A DNA stretch of 64,000 nt from Phoronis australis (lineage: Eukaryota > Animalia > Phoronida). Positions 27,201 to 39,900 of this stretch are shown one piece after another (positions within the stretch are counted from its first letter, which is position 1; each line of letters begins with the position of its first letter). Location: NCBI GenBank assembly GCA_002633005.1, contig NMRA01000056.1:629165-693164 (forward strand), in the 5' to 3' direction. A model generated the notes under the pieces. The model searched no databases. It was given only the letters and a program-made list of their open reading frames with translations, and was not told the DNA's origin. The position numbers and the translations under genes are program-made.

Positions 27201-27592
27201 TGCCGAAGCCGAAAAAAAAGCGGAGAACGAAGTGAGTCTTCAAAATCTGACGGTTATCGCTTAATTGTTAGAAAAAAATTGTTTTTGGTCATCCTAATCT
27301 ATACGATGTCGTAACCATGTTCGCTATTTGAACATTCATTTGCAATGTGAACTGTATTTGCAGTCTGTAATTAACGTAATTATAACAAACTTTGTTAATT
27401 AAGTCGGCTAAGTTCTTGATATATACATTGGCGGATAACGTAAAGTTACGTAGACTTAGAGAGCGAGATTGACAACATTATGAAGACACGCATGGAGATG
27501 GGAGTGAAGACGACTCTGGCCATATATAGGTGAAACAGATAAATTGTTATGGTGTCTCCATGTCGACAGACTTTGCGTGCTCGAGGCCGTAG

Positions 27593-29930
27593 CAGTGGCG
27601 GATCTACGGGGGGGGGGTTTCAGGGGGTTCAAGCCCCCCCTCGGGCCAGGACCCAAAAATTAAAAAAAACAAAAGCGTCTCCATCAAAACAAAAACGGCA
27701 CCGCCAGCGTGTGTAAAACTCTGAAAATATAGTTTTTTGCATTGTGAATTGCTGAGTCTTTGTGGCTCATCGGCAAAACGCGCGGGGATTTGTGTGCGCG
27801 CTTCCGTCGACACTTCTGAAGTAGCCAAGCATTTTAGATGGATTCACCGCTGAAAGAGCAGTTCTATAGCTGATTTCTTTAGGTAACTAGCTTCTTTACT
27901 CTAAGATATGTTTTGATTTGATTAGGGGAAATACTGCGGTGCCACAACCCTGATATTCAGGCGAATTGACGTGCAACGTTTTTACCTCATCTGTCATGCC
28001 GTGTCGTTCTATTACAATCCACACGTTTGTAACTGATGTATAGTAAAGTTGTCTTGCGCAATATCATACAGTGTACATGTACATGTAATATTGTGTACAT
28101 GTACATGTAATATTTTTGAAAAAAATTCTTTTACCGAAGAATTGCTACTGTGGCGGGCGCCGTGGTCTGGTCGCGAGTCCGTTTGAAGACACACTCTATA
28201 ACAAGTTATGTCTATACAAGGAATGACCAAGGGGGCACCCACATTGAGAAAGTGACCGCATGGGCGAAAAGTGTACAGTACCAGAAATTGCGGGGAGGCT
28301 GTTCTTTCACAACAAAGTCTTGCGGGACTCGTGCGATGTTCAGTAGGCCTCCTAAGGAGCCCGAGTTCCGACCTCAACACCTACCGTCTGTCTACCTGCA
28401 ATAAGCACACTGCCGTCTTCTGTACTGGGAATTTCCGCAGAAAGGCTCACCCGATGAAACGCTCATGCCCATGGGCATTTATTTGATATTAGTACTTCGG
28501 GGTTCAAGCGTTCAGACATTGGGACGTTTATTTCGAAAATTGCAAGAGATGCAAACAGGTTCTGGGATGCTTCGTCAAGGTTTGAAGTAGTCCATGATGA
28601 ACGGATCAAATTTAGTTGCGCATGTAAGTCTTTCGAATGGACTTGGCAACCTCAAGGGTCTTAGTGTCAACTGAGCTGCGAAACGAGATGCTGACATTGT
28701 AGAGGCTTACAAGCTCATTGACACAGCAGTTGACGAAGTGCAAGCGTTGGGAACAAACATCGAAGATATCTGGGTAGAATGGTTCCAAGACGAGCAAATC
28801 ATTGGATCCGATATACAAATTCCTCGGCAGTCTAGACAACAGAAGGATAGGACTAACGTATGAGTAACCACTGGGGATTAAAATTTTAGAGAGAAGTTTT
28901 CAATTCAAATTTTTTTGCATAGTACACTTTAGGTCTCGCGACGGACCAGGCCAGCTTGATTTGTGTAGATGTTGAGTTTCAGTGTACTTCTGGTCCTTCG
29001 GCGAACTAGTCTTGGGATTTTTTTACCAAAGTGTGCTTTGTAAAATTATTTATTTCAGCCAGTACTGTTTGATCCCGCGACAGATCGACTATTTGTATAG
29101 GGATAATAATCAAAGGTGTACTCTTGGTCTCGTGACGGACCAGGTCAGCTTTTTGTGTACTCTCAGTGTACATCTGGTCCCTCTGCAAACTACTCCAGTG
29201 TATCTTTTCACCAATGTGCACAGGATGTTTTGGTTTCGTGAAACTGTTTTCAGATGATTTGTTTCCTGGTAGATTTGACGTTTTTCAATTGTTGTCAACG
29301 TGATTCAGCTTAATAAAGTGATACCTAATTATTTATTGTCGCTTTTGATAATAGACTATGAGTTGCGAGCACCATCGTTCGCCAGTTTTTCTCGTAACAA
29401 GACAGAACACGTGTTTATTTCCGGACTAACAGTACAGGTCTTCGTTCTTAAACAACTTGAGGCTGCTGTTACGCGATCATCTGATATTTAAGTTTTTACG
29501 CCCCGTCGGTGCTCCCTTAATTATGCTCTTGAATATTTGGAAATTGTCTTAACCCATGTATACACACCACACTTTTTCGTGTACGACTTTTCGTATGCTA
29601 AAAAAGGTGTGTGTAAGCAGATGTTCCAACAAAAATTTTTGCTGGTGGCGTGACTCATACCCAGATGTGCACCAATATGGTTTCATGAAACTTATGTGCC
29701 AAGTTGGCATGTGACGAAATCGAGAAGGGTTTTTAATTATCTTAAGAAAAACTCCAGAGACATGTTAAGTGCCAGAAACTTACCAGGATGCATGGAAATT
29801 TCACTATTTGGCTACAAAAACAAAAAAAAATATCTTACACGGGAGGGGAAACCCCCCTCCCGACCTCCCCCGCTCGGCGCCACGCGGGAATCCTAAACCC
29901 CCCCTTGCTGAAAACGTAGATCCGCCACTG
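27593..29930 (+). mobile_element. hAT-superfamily deletion derivative with a PRKRIR/THAP12-type transposase remnant near 28610-28860
   Basis: Perfect 16-bp TIR cagtggcggatctacg / cgtagatccgccactg; flanks cgtag / cgtac; KGLSV..RDADIVEAYKLID..WVEWF..IPRQSRQQKDRTNV. Confidence 0.8.
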
Positions 29931-30884
29931 CGTACAAAATCGACTCTCTCGCACCCGGCGACGTTTTCGGCGAGTGATTTCAGAGCTGACATTTCCGAGT
30001 CGTCATTATAGCCTTCTAACCGCTTTTTGTCGAGTGATATGTATATGTCCCTAAGTGTAAATCTGTAACCTTTTTTACCCCGACTGTCAAAGCCCAGTCG
30101 CTAAGAATGGCGCACTGGATTTCATTTCTTCGAATATCGAGTTCGTTTGTCAGGAATGATCATTATTGTGATGTCAACTGGATTTTATTTCTGATAAATG
30201 ATACTCGTTTCTGTTTTGTCTGTTCCAGAATTATGAAAGCTAAAGCTTTTGTACCGACGTGATTCGTCGATTGTTTCGGATGGCAGCGCAACCACCAATG
30301 ATGCGCCGCCCATGTTTCGGTGCAGTGCCTACTGTAGCCTCTGTGCCGGCTGTAGTCGTGACCTGTGACAAGGAGTGTAGTATTCTATGTACACTCCTTG
30401 CTCTAACCAAGTTGCGTGGCATCAACATTCCGGTAATAGATGTCGCATGCTTTTTTCGTCTCAATAGCCCACGTGAAGATCAATGACTGGAACCGAGCAA
30501 GACAATACACCACTCAGAGTCGACTTTCCGAATCAGGGAAAATAGAACGTTCTACTTTTCATTCTCGAACTGAGGTGAAATGAAACATTATCGTGAAAGT
30601 TCTCCCACGGGTGGACAATGTGCACCGACCACCAAGTCGAGAGTGTTCGGAGTCCTTGGAGGATGGTTTCCCAGTTTCCTCTGGTTTTAACATAGTCGTG
30701 AACTTTTACGGCAAGACGTGCGCATCGCGGAGAACCAGATAAAATCCGATTTAGCCATGATGCGACAAAAATATGTAATCACGCCCTACTGAACAAGAAG
30801 TCTTTTTGAAACAGCAATCTCCATTTTACTTAGTCCTCCATTTTTGTTAATTGGGAGAGGAATGACTTGGAAACATGCATCCCA

Positions 30885-30934
30885 AGAAATACACAACAAC
30901 GAGTAAACTGTACGGCAATGATCAATTTTTTATT
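30885..30934 (-). promoter_or_regulatory. Putative polyadenylation signal of the receptor gene (about 2-kb 3' UTR)
   Basis: AATAAA on minus strand at 30929-30934 followed by a GU-rich tract (gttgttgtgtattt); TE-like sequence begins beyond it. A second AATAAA lies near 31985. Confidence 0.5.
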
Positions 30935-32965
30935 GAGTAGACAAGTTTACATACTGACGTAATACATACAATAAAGTAAATAAATTTGCAATAATTTCTT
31001 GTGTTTGACGAAAAATCTCTCGCCTATAAAAATCCTATATAAAAATATTCAGATATAATAAGCAAATTATCTCACCACTAAGCAATGTAAAACATTCTGC
31101 AAAAAGAACTTAAACTCAAAGTCACGTACACGTTCAGCACTGAAAATCCTCTTTAAACAGAAATAAGAAGGCAAACTAGGACACCTCCAAACTAATCCAT
31201 GCACACAAACGAAAAAAAAGTTGACATGCCTAACACCAAGGAAACTTTCTTTGTGGGATATCTATCATCAGAGACATCTATTGGTTTGAAATGCAGGTGC
31301 ACATTCCATTGTCAGTGGTTGATTTCATTCAGCATCAGCAGGCTGTTTTCATTGGTTGGTTTTAATTCATTCTGCATTGGACGACAGACACCCCACAATC
31401 CCTTGTAATACAAGATCTCTGAATATCTAAAAAGTCAGGGGTAAAACAGTTGTGCAAACGAAAGACCACCCACGTGGAGCTCGAAATTTAGCCTGGGATG
31501 AGGTGCAGGTGAAACAAGATTCTTGTTCCATGGATTCAGACAGTGATTGTCATCACTTGGAATCCACATCCCACTTGTACATGCGCAAGTGAACACTGCT
31601 AATTTTTCTAAATCTATTCAAAAGGTTAGAAGACGATTTTCTTCAATAGCACAAGGTGAGTATAATTTACAAATGCCAATTCATAGAACTAACATGATTC
31701 ATGAACCTGTCTCCTGCCTGTTTGAAAACAGAGTTGAAGATTTCTCAGTCGTGCAGCATATTTAATTCTCATTTTTGGCTAATCACAAAGTAACTGAAAA
31801 TATGAAACATATTCAAATATCATATGTCTAACATGACTTCATAACCAACAGGAATAGTATAATGTACTCTAGTGTAATAATTCACTACCTTTATATCAAG
31901 AAACCTGATCAAGGATCAAGGCTACTAGAAAACGATATTTGTTTTTTCAAATTGGTGTACTAAGCTCAACAGAAATCTGGATTTATTTATTCAAATTTAA
32001 TATTTGTGAACAAAGTAACCATTTCCCTGATTCGTTATAGTTGAAATGAATACATACCATCCAACACACAAACTACTACTTGATGGACACATAACCTGCC
32101 TGGTTAACATTGTTAGTTCATACAGGTTTAATAGTCTTTCTGTCTTTCTGAAACCAACAGGCAGATTGGAAGATTTCAGCCATGAGGAATCCTGTGATGT
32201 GGTGTGTCCACGAGTCATAACCAGGTGATTAATGTAATGGGCCCCGGCCTTGTGGCCTAAGCACGCATGATGTACCGCAAAGGGCATCATGCCACCTGCG
32301 CTCTTTTTTTAACACACAAACTAGACTTGTAAGGAAATACCTCATAAGCCAACAGTATCACTATTTTGCCATAACAAACAAGCACTTTTAAAAGAACCAG
32401 CAGCTGTAAAAATTGAAATTCATGAAAACACCTGACCAACAATGAATAAACAACAAAAATAGAAAGAAATAGCAAGGCTATACAATGTTGGCCTCAAACA
32501 ATAGAGACACTGCTCAAGTCACACAGTAGCTGGCACCAAATACATTAACGCAGACAACATAGGTACTCGGAGCTAAACAAATGCGGTACACCTAAATTGC
32601 TGCCACGAAAAATGAATAATTCCCACCACCGAGATCTTCGTTTCTACGACAATCCGATTTTCGAGCATTCCAAATAAAGAACACCGGCCTCCAGCCCATC
32701 TTACAAAGACACCAAAATCGTCTGCTTGTACAGACTGTTACTCCTCTCTTACTGTCGCATCTACAGAACAAGTGCTTCCAATCATGACCAACAGGGGCAG
32801 CACCACCAAAGGCAACATGAGCGACTGCATGCATTCTCACACGTTAGAGGTCTTAATACTAAAAGAAAGCTGCAGTCTGTCATGAAGAACGTTCCACCTT
32901 AGGGTCCCATAAAGGTTAGGAATGGCCCTACTCACCAACATAGCTTACTAAAACCCCTGAAGATT

Positions 32966-33930
32966 CTATATATAAGATAAGACATCTTGATTGTTGTTTA
33001 TATTTGGTGGACTCATCATCTTGATTTGGGGTACAGTCACATAGTCGGTGGTGGCACTGGGCACAGGAATTTTATTACACTCCTCCCCCTCCTCTGTCGA
33101 GCTGTGTGAGCTAGTACTCCCTAGCCTATCAGTGGAGACCGATCCACTGCTTTCTTTATCTTTAAGAAATTTGAAAGAACCAGCGGATTCCGGAGACATA
33201 TAACCAGAGTCTCTCTTTCTCTCTGGCTGAACAATTAAGCGAGGTACGGACTCCCCACTCGACCCCTCCACCCCCGAGTCTGGATAATATTTCGTTGTCA
33301 CAGGAAACGCATTATGTGACAGGTAACCATCATTGTCACTTCTGATTGGCTGACTGTTCTGCTCAGTCAACAAAGAATCGTTGCTGGGATCACTATTATC
33401 AGCGAATTTCGAATAGCCCAAACTACTGGCTGCACTGTCTTTTTCAGGGGGACGACTTACATAGCCCCCACTGCCACCTTGAGGTCGAGTTTGGAACTTC
33501 AGCGACGCCTCAGGTGGCTCTATTTCATTTTCAAACACAACATCTAGGTTGGGTGTGGGTATACCGTTGACCATGACTGGTTTCCGTGGGGCCATCTGTG
33601 TGCTGCTGATCTGCGGCAAAGCCTGGCTGACATGGTTAACGATTAGCTCTGGAGCTATGTAATTCATACCATTCATTTTCTGGTCCAATTGTTTCAGTTC
33701 ATCTATATCATTCGTTCCAAACTTGGAGTATTCCAGGCTGCCCAGTTCTGATGGAGGCGGGGGCTTCTTCATCTCTGACATCTCCGTGATGTCTATGTCC
33801 TCGTTGTCGATATACGAGTCAGAGCGCATCAGCTGGTCGTGACCAAGGTAACCGTCTAGATTGGCCTCGTTCAGATCATTCACATCCAACTTGGTCGTCT
33901 TCAGTCCGGAATTGTGACGGAGTCTGCCGC
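32966..33930 (-). CDS. Receptor terminal coding exon: Ser/Pro/Tyr-rich cytoplasmic tail
   Basis: tttcag acceptor; about 320 open codons ending in TAG; motifs YSKF twice, DSGYMS, TDYVTV. Confidence 0.88.
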
Positions 33931-36900
33931 CTGAAAAGTTCACAGTAAAACAAGTTAAAAAATGGTGGTGGTGGTGGTAGTGACAGTGACAATGATGACG
34001 GCAAACATAAGAAACATAGCCTTGAGTAACAGATGGTAAACCAACTACTGTAAGTGCAATGAAGAATCAGTCAACAACAGAAGAGTCCTAAAATTTTTGA
34101 ATAACTCCAAAACAAGCTGTATTGAAAAATGAACGACATACTCGAGATAATCTTTGATGAGATCTGTCTACATACCCCAAATTTCAAATGGCTCCGCAAA
34201 GCAAAAAATCGTAAAATGGATGCTACAATGCCGTCTTGAGTAAGATTTCAACCTAAAATAAGCCTTGATCCAGTGACCAGACGCGAGTGTAAATTTCATG
34301 TCGACCAGATAAGAAATGTAACCTGTAGCATGCGAACACAGACACAAGATAACAAAATGATATTTTTACAACGGAGTAACAGTTTGAGTAAAAACATCGT
34401 TCCAACCAGACTCTGTGCGAGTGAGAATTTTTGGAAATTTTGCAACCTTTCTGGTGACTTGTGCACTATAGTAGAACTATACAAGAAAATAAAAATGAGG
34501 ATTTCGCTGATGTATAACTGTTGGCACAGTAGAACAGAAATTGTATTAAAACACTAGACAGTATACATGTATAAAATTTGATATCCTTTGTAGCATTTGA
34601 CCCTTTCTGGTGCATTGAGACCCAGTAGCGAAATAAATTTGCATTGTTAATCCTGGCAATCACAGTAGTCTAACAGTTGACAAGTAAGAACATATGTTGA
34701 ATGAAAAGGTCAAAATTTCAGAAGAAAATTGTACTTAATGACCCTATATTTGAACCAAATGACGAGAAGCTGTGGAATTGGATCTCAATTACATGTACCA
34801 ATCGGATGTGTAAATCTGAAGTGTCAAGCTCAAAATCTTAGTTTGCACTCAATGACCTTTGACGTATTAATCTAATTGGATGACCCGATTACTTAAAAAG
34901 AAATGCATTTGATTGAACCTACTTTCGTCGTGGAAGACATCGTCGTAGAGCGACACCTGTGGGGAGATGAGGGGAAGTGTAGAGGAGGTGCTGGTTCCAT
35001 GGCCACTGTCCTTGCCTGACTTGAGTCGGTTGTTGTTAGTAGGATTCTGCAATGCGCGCGGACACATATTCATCAAATCCAAATAAACGCTCTACACGCA
35101 ATTCGTACTGACTTTTGTTTTCAGGCACTACTTAGACACTCCCACTTCTGCACACTGCTTACACAGGACAATCAACCATATTACACTCTGAGGAGAACCA
35201 TGAGAACTACCATTAAGAAATGGTGCACCCAAAACGGCATCAAACGTACACAAATTCTAATACAGCAATCAGACTGTATACACAGGGACCAGGTGTGAAT
35301 TCTGCAGGTGAGTTAAACTTTACACAAATAAAATTTTCTAGGAGAGTAGCTCTACTGTGACACTGAATCTGGTTTTAGATTTAAGAGAAATATATTTTGA
35401 ATTTTCAAATTTCAACAATTGTTCAATAAAAAAATGATTCATGCACTTCAAATAATTCTACGAGCTCACCATCTCAAACTCAAAATTTCAGACAGTGATT
35501 TCTTACCGGCCAGCCATCACCAGAGCTTGACCTCCTATCACGCAGGTAGTCGTCATCCTCACAAGTTTTCACCTAGGGAACAAAATAGTACAAACATTCA
35601 ATCTCCAGTTATATCCACCTCATCTAGTTCTACCTTGCTGTGCTGAATGCAGCTATAACGCCACAAAGATACAATTTGTTTATTTAGACCACACAATACC
35701 ATAAAACTGGTGTGCACTTAATCCTTACTCAGGTGGTAAGGGGTTTCTGATCTTGATGAGAACTGACAGTTCCTAATTGCTGGTGACCATGCTTAGCGGC
35801 GCATAACGTGAACCACCCTGACAAGACAACTAGCAGAGCATGGTCTCGGACAATAACACACAGCCAGTTCCTTTACCAGCTCTCTATAAGCCCAGAAATC
35901 ACCTCTTATTTGAGTTAGAAACAAGTCGAGGCTGAAATATATGGATCAGACATTGGCCTAATTGTAGTACCACAGGAAGTCAGTGCTTAGTGTGGTGAAC
36001 TCTCAACCAAAAGGTCATGGGTTGAATCTCTGACTACAACAGCCATGTGGTTGTATCCTTGAGGTATGCAATTAAACTGCATCGCTTAGTTGACTCTGTT
36101 GTATAATACCAGTGCCAGCTACGAAGTAACTAGTGATGCACTAGCGACCAGAAAGGGCAATAGTCTGACATAACCTGCCCCTATTTTGAGAACCAGTTTG
36201 AGGCCGTTATTCAGTGGAGAAAACTGGTTTTCAAAATGTGGCCACGTTATATCAGACTATTACTGCCAGAAAGAGCTGAAGCACACCCAACCCCTTGTAC
36301 TGGGCCAGTCCAAGTATGGCAACTTGATTTAATCCAGTTTGAAATTTACCATCATGGCTCGACGTAGCTTAAAAGTCGCCTCCAATAAGAATGAAGTAGC
36401 AGTTTTTTGTGATTAAGTTCAAGCCTAAGGTTGGAGAACGAGTTGAGGGCCTGAATTTGGTCAAAAATATCCCATGCTCCTGTCGCTGTTAAAACCTGCT
36501 AAATGCACGTACCTCCCCGACGAGAGATTCCGGCACGAGAATCGTCGTAGTTTTCTTTATTACCTTCACTTCTCGACGACAAGTTCTGAAAAGGAACAGT
36601 TGTAGTGTTGTTCATCATAGGGAAATGTTATCAGTGAAACATGTGGTACAGCAATGTTGAAGAAACCTGGCCGAAGCCACCTATTTATGTCGACGTGAAG
36701 ATTATGAAGAAAATTATGAGGGAAAATCAGCACGGAATAACTTGGAAGATTCACTGAAGTTTTTATTGCTTTGACATGGTGCAAACTGAAACAGTGATGG
36801 CGACTAGACACTGGCTTTCGAAGCAGAAAAATAGTAACAGTCATCTCATCTTGTACAAAAGAGATGTCAAGGCAAAAGCGATCACCTCAGTTGACCTTGC

Positions 36901-39900
36901 CCAGCAGTGTACGGTAATAAACATACAGGTATTTTTATCGACAACTTGTGTTTAGCAACTATTTCAGCATCAAATGACTATTGATGTCAATTATCTCACG
37001 TCAAACCAGTGTGCGCCATGTCAACATCTAAACTGGCCATAAGCCAGCAGTAAGAATCAACGCATCTGAAGATGTCCTTCACAGCGACACATGCTTGGCC
37101 TTCAACACTCACTAAGTCCTGTACGTACCTGTAGATGTATATACCAAGGATAATCAAAAGTACCACTGCGACTGCAACACCAAGGCCAACGCCGAGCTTA
37201 GCTGCTTCTGACAATGGAATTTCCATACACATTTCATATTTCTGATCGTCGCTGCTCAACTGACGATTACCGTCACCCACGAGCAGGAATGTGACCTGCA
37301 AATCAAAACAGTGTAGATCCTACTAAATCTGCATTACACTGACAATGCATCAGAACTAGGGATGATCCTCATATCCTACATCTGTATGAGACTTTGAAAT
37401 CAGGGGTGTATACAATTACCATGACTGGTCCCTCACAAGACATTTGCAACAATAAATCTTGGCCTATAAATGTAAACTCAAATGATTCATAATGATTGGA
37501 GGAGGCATTGTGGCCTGGTGGGTTGAGTGCCTACCTCCTGTTCAAAAGGTCGTAGGTTCAAATACCACTGGACCCCACTGCTAGACCGCCGAACCCCCCC
37601 AGCTCAGTCTTAATTTCTGCATATGTCTATTGTGTAAATTAAATGAAAAATCGTTTCCTGTGTTTGGTGCAAAGGGCTCGACTGAGTATTAGGCACACAT
37701 CTGATGCAACGTGTATTACCTGCACTACGTTTACTCGCTTATAGATTCTTTTCCACAAGTCACAAACCAACAGCACAAAGAGCAAACTTAATATTAAAGC
37801 ATTAAAAAAATACCAGGAGGGTTCGTTGTAATGCCCTCTGGCTGCGCAATAAACATGGGCAATTTCCTGGGTGATTATGAACCATTTTTACTCCTTAATT
37901 CAATGTTGTGAAGAAGCCACTAATGAGATATGACTATACTAGTAAAACACAAATGACAAACTCCAAAGATCTGGCCTAAATGACCACAGCCTCGGTAACA
38001 ACCAAAGTAGCTAAGAACACTGAATTACGTGACTGTAAAAATACTAGACAAAAGTCAGTAAATCAGCCCTGAATCTCAAACAGGTCTGGAAGTCATTGGC
38101 CACGAAATTATAGGATTTTGAGTCATACATAACACTCGCATTGCACATCAAATATTGACCACTGACGTTCACCTTCAAAAGTACTTCTCTCGTTATACTG
38201 TTTGCTTTTTACTCCGCTATTTGCATTTTTCATCTTGCGGCCAACTTGTTAACTAAATACATTCACTTGGCTCACTGGCTGGCATTCAGACCTCTACTAA
38301 TTTTCATATATCATCAGGTAAAAATCTAGGAACACAAGATGGCAGAGGACTGATTTGTTGTTGCTACAGGGAGATGAAAAGAAGCGAAACATACCCATAA
38401 GTTGAAACAGCATTTTGTTAGTACTATCATAAGTACTTTGCCAGGACACTGGGAATTTCTTGCGACACATCCGTTTCACAGAACTTGTACAAAATACTCC
38501 TTTTATGAATACCAATGTACCTTCAGCTTTGTCTGAAGTCAGAGCTCATGTATTGGCTACAAAAAAACACTACCAACCTTGACAAACTTCCGTACGCTGT
38601 ACAGTTTATAACCAGAGCAATTGAAGTCAAATTCGTGCACCCTCCTCTGTAAAGGCTGATCCAGCTTATAGTAGCGCGTCTTAATGTGAGACTCCTGTTC
38701 ATCGAAGACTTCTGCTCTTACGTAATGGGGTCGGATGGACTTGTAGCGGTCCCAGGAGATCTTCACTCTATTCAAGTCGGAGCTCGGGCGATTCACCGTG
38801 ACGTTCAACTCTGAGGAGACGACAAAACGGTGAGATTTAATGGGGATGGCAATATTTTAGGTATTGTTTCTACAAAAAGAAGCCAAGTTATCTCATTCAA
38901 TATCATTTCAATAACTCTTCCCCAGGAGACTGCTTTATGAAATGTCATACCGACGTTGAAGCTAAGACAGGCATAAATATGTGAACGCAACATTTTTGTG
39001 AAATATTGCAACAAGAGAAATTCTACCGTAGACCTCATTCAGGCACAAAACCATTATCACAGATCACTTTAATGGACTGTATGTCAGTCAAAGTATCAGA
39101 TATAAATGTCTCAGCTATGATTAGACGTCATCGGCGTTTGACAGCCGTGGTACAAAGCTTAAACATGTAAAAGCATTTAATTTGGTTAAGTCGATCATAT
39201 CATATCGTGTCCTAACTTGGAGATTTTTCCGCAGTTTTGATTACATGTAAGGCAACACATAGGTCTCCACTTACTGATAGATGCAGTCTGTAGTTTGTCT
39301 TGCCACTCCACGCCCGGCCCATTCATTGTGATGGCCGACACAAGCATCATATACTGTGTGTTGGGCTCAAGGTCATTCAAGGTCACTGTCACTTCATCGC
39401 TCCAGTCACTAACATTCATGACCCGTTGACACTGAGTGTCTGCAACGGAAGAAAAAGATGCATTCAATCATTCTCCTTTAGGGTAAAACAGTGTTTATCT
39501 CAGCGACTGCCAACCCAGTGGCCATGGTGTGGTACTTATTGGTGATATGCGTTACTAGAAAATCCCAAGATAACTTTGCATCAAGGGTTGGTCAGGTCCT
39601 GTGTCACTTTTTCATTACCCCCCGTATAAAAACAAAATGGCCACCCTTAAAATATTTCCCCCTCTCCAAACCCTCACTGCAGGATCATAGTTCATATATT
39701 TCATTTTAACCTTCCTTTTTCCATCGCCCAGGCACACTCATATTTATCGCGACTAATATGTTGCATGTAACCTCCCTTTACAGAGTAACAATGAACACAG
39801 AGACCCCGAGTGCTTAACACAACACACTCATCTCACTTACTGTTGCAGTGGTATGCATCCCAGTACACAACTCTGTAGTGTTTGACCCACGATCGACTGT

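Noticed and set aside
30000-30840. Coding-like composition and short ORFs
   Set aside because: No consistent frame or recognisable motif; left unassigned.
37501-37575. tRNA gene
   Set aside because: A and B boxes are present but no convincing cloverleaf, and the sequence continues into a SINE body shared with 50730-50836.
38805-39038. Apparent frameshift between ORFs 38805..39038 and 38557..38808
   Set aside because: Resolved by the splice acceptor at 38811-38813; the upstream ORF is intronic.
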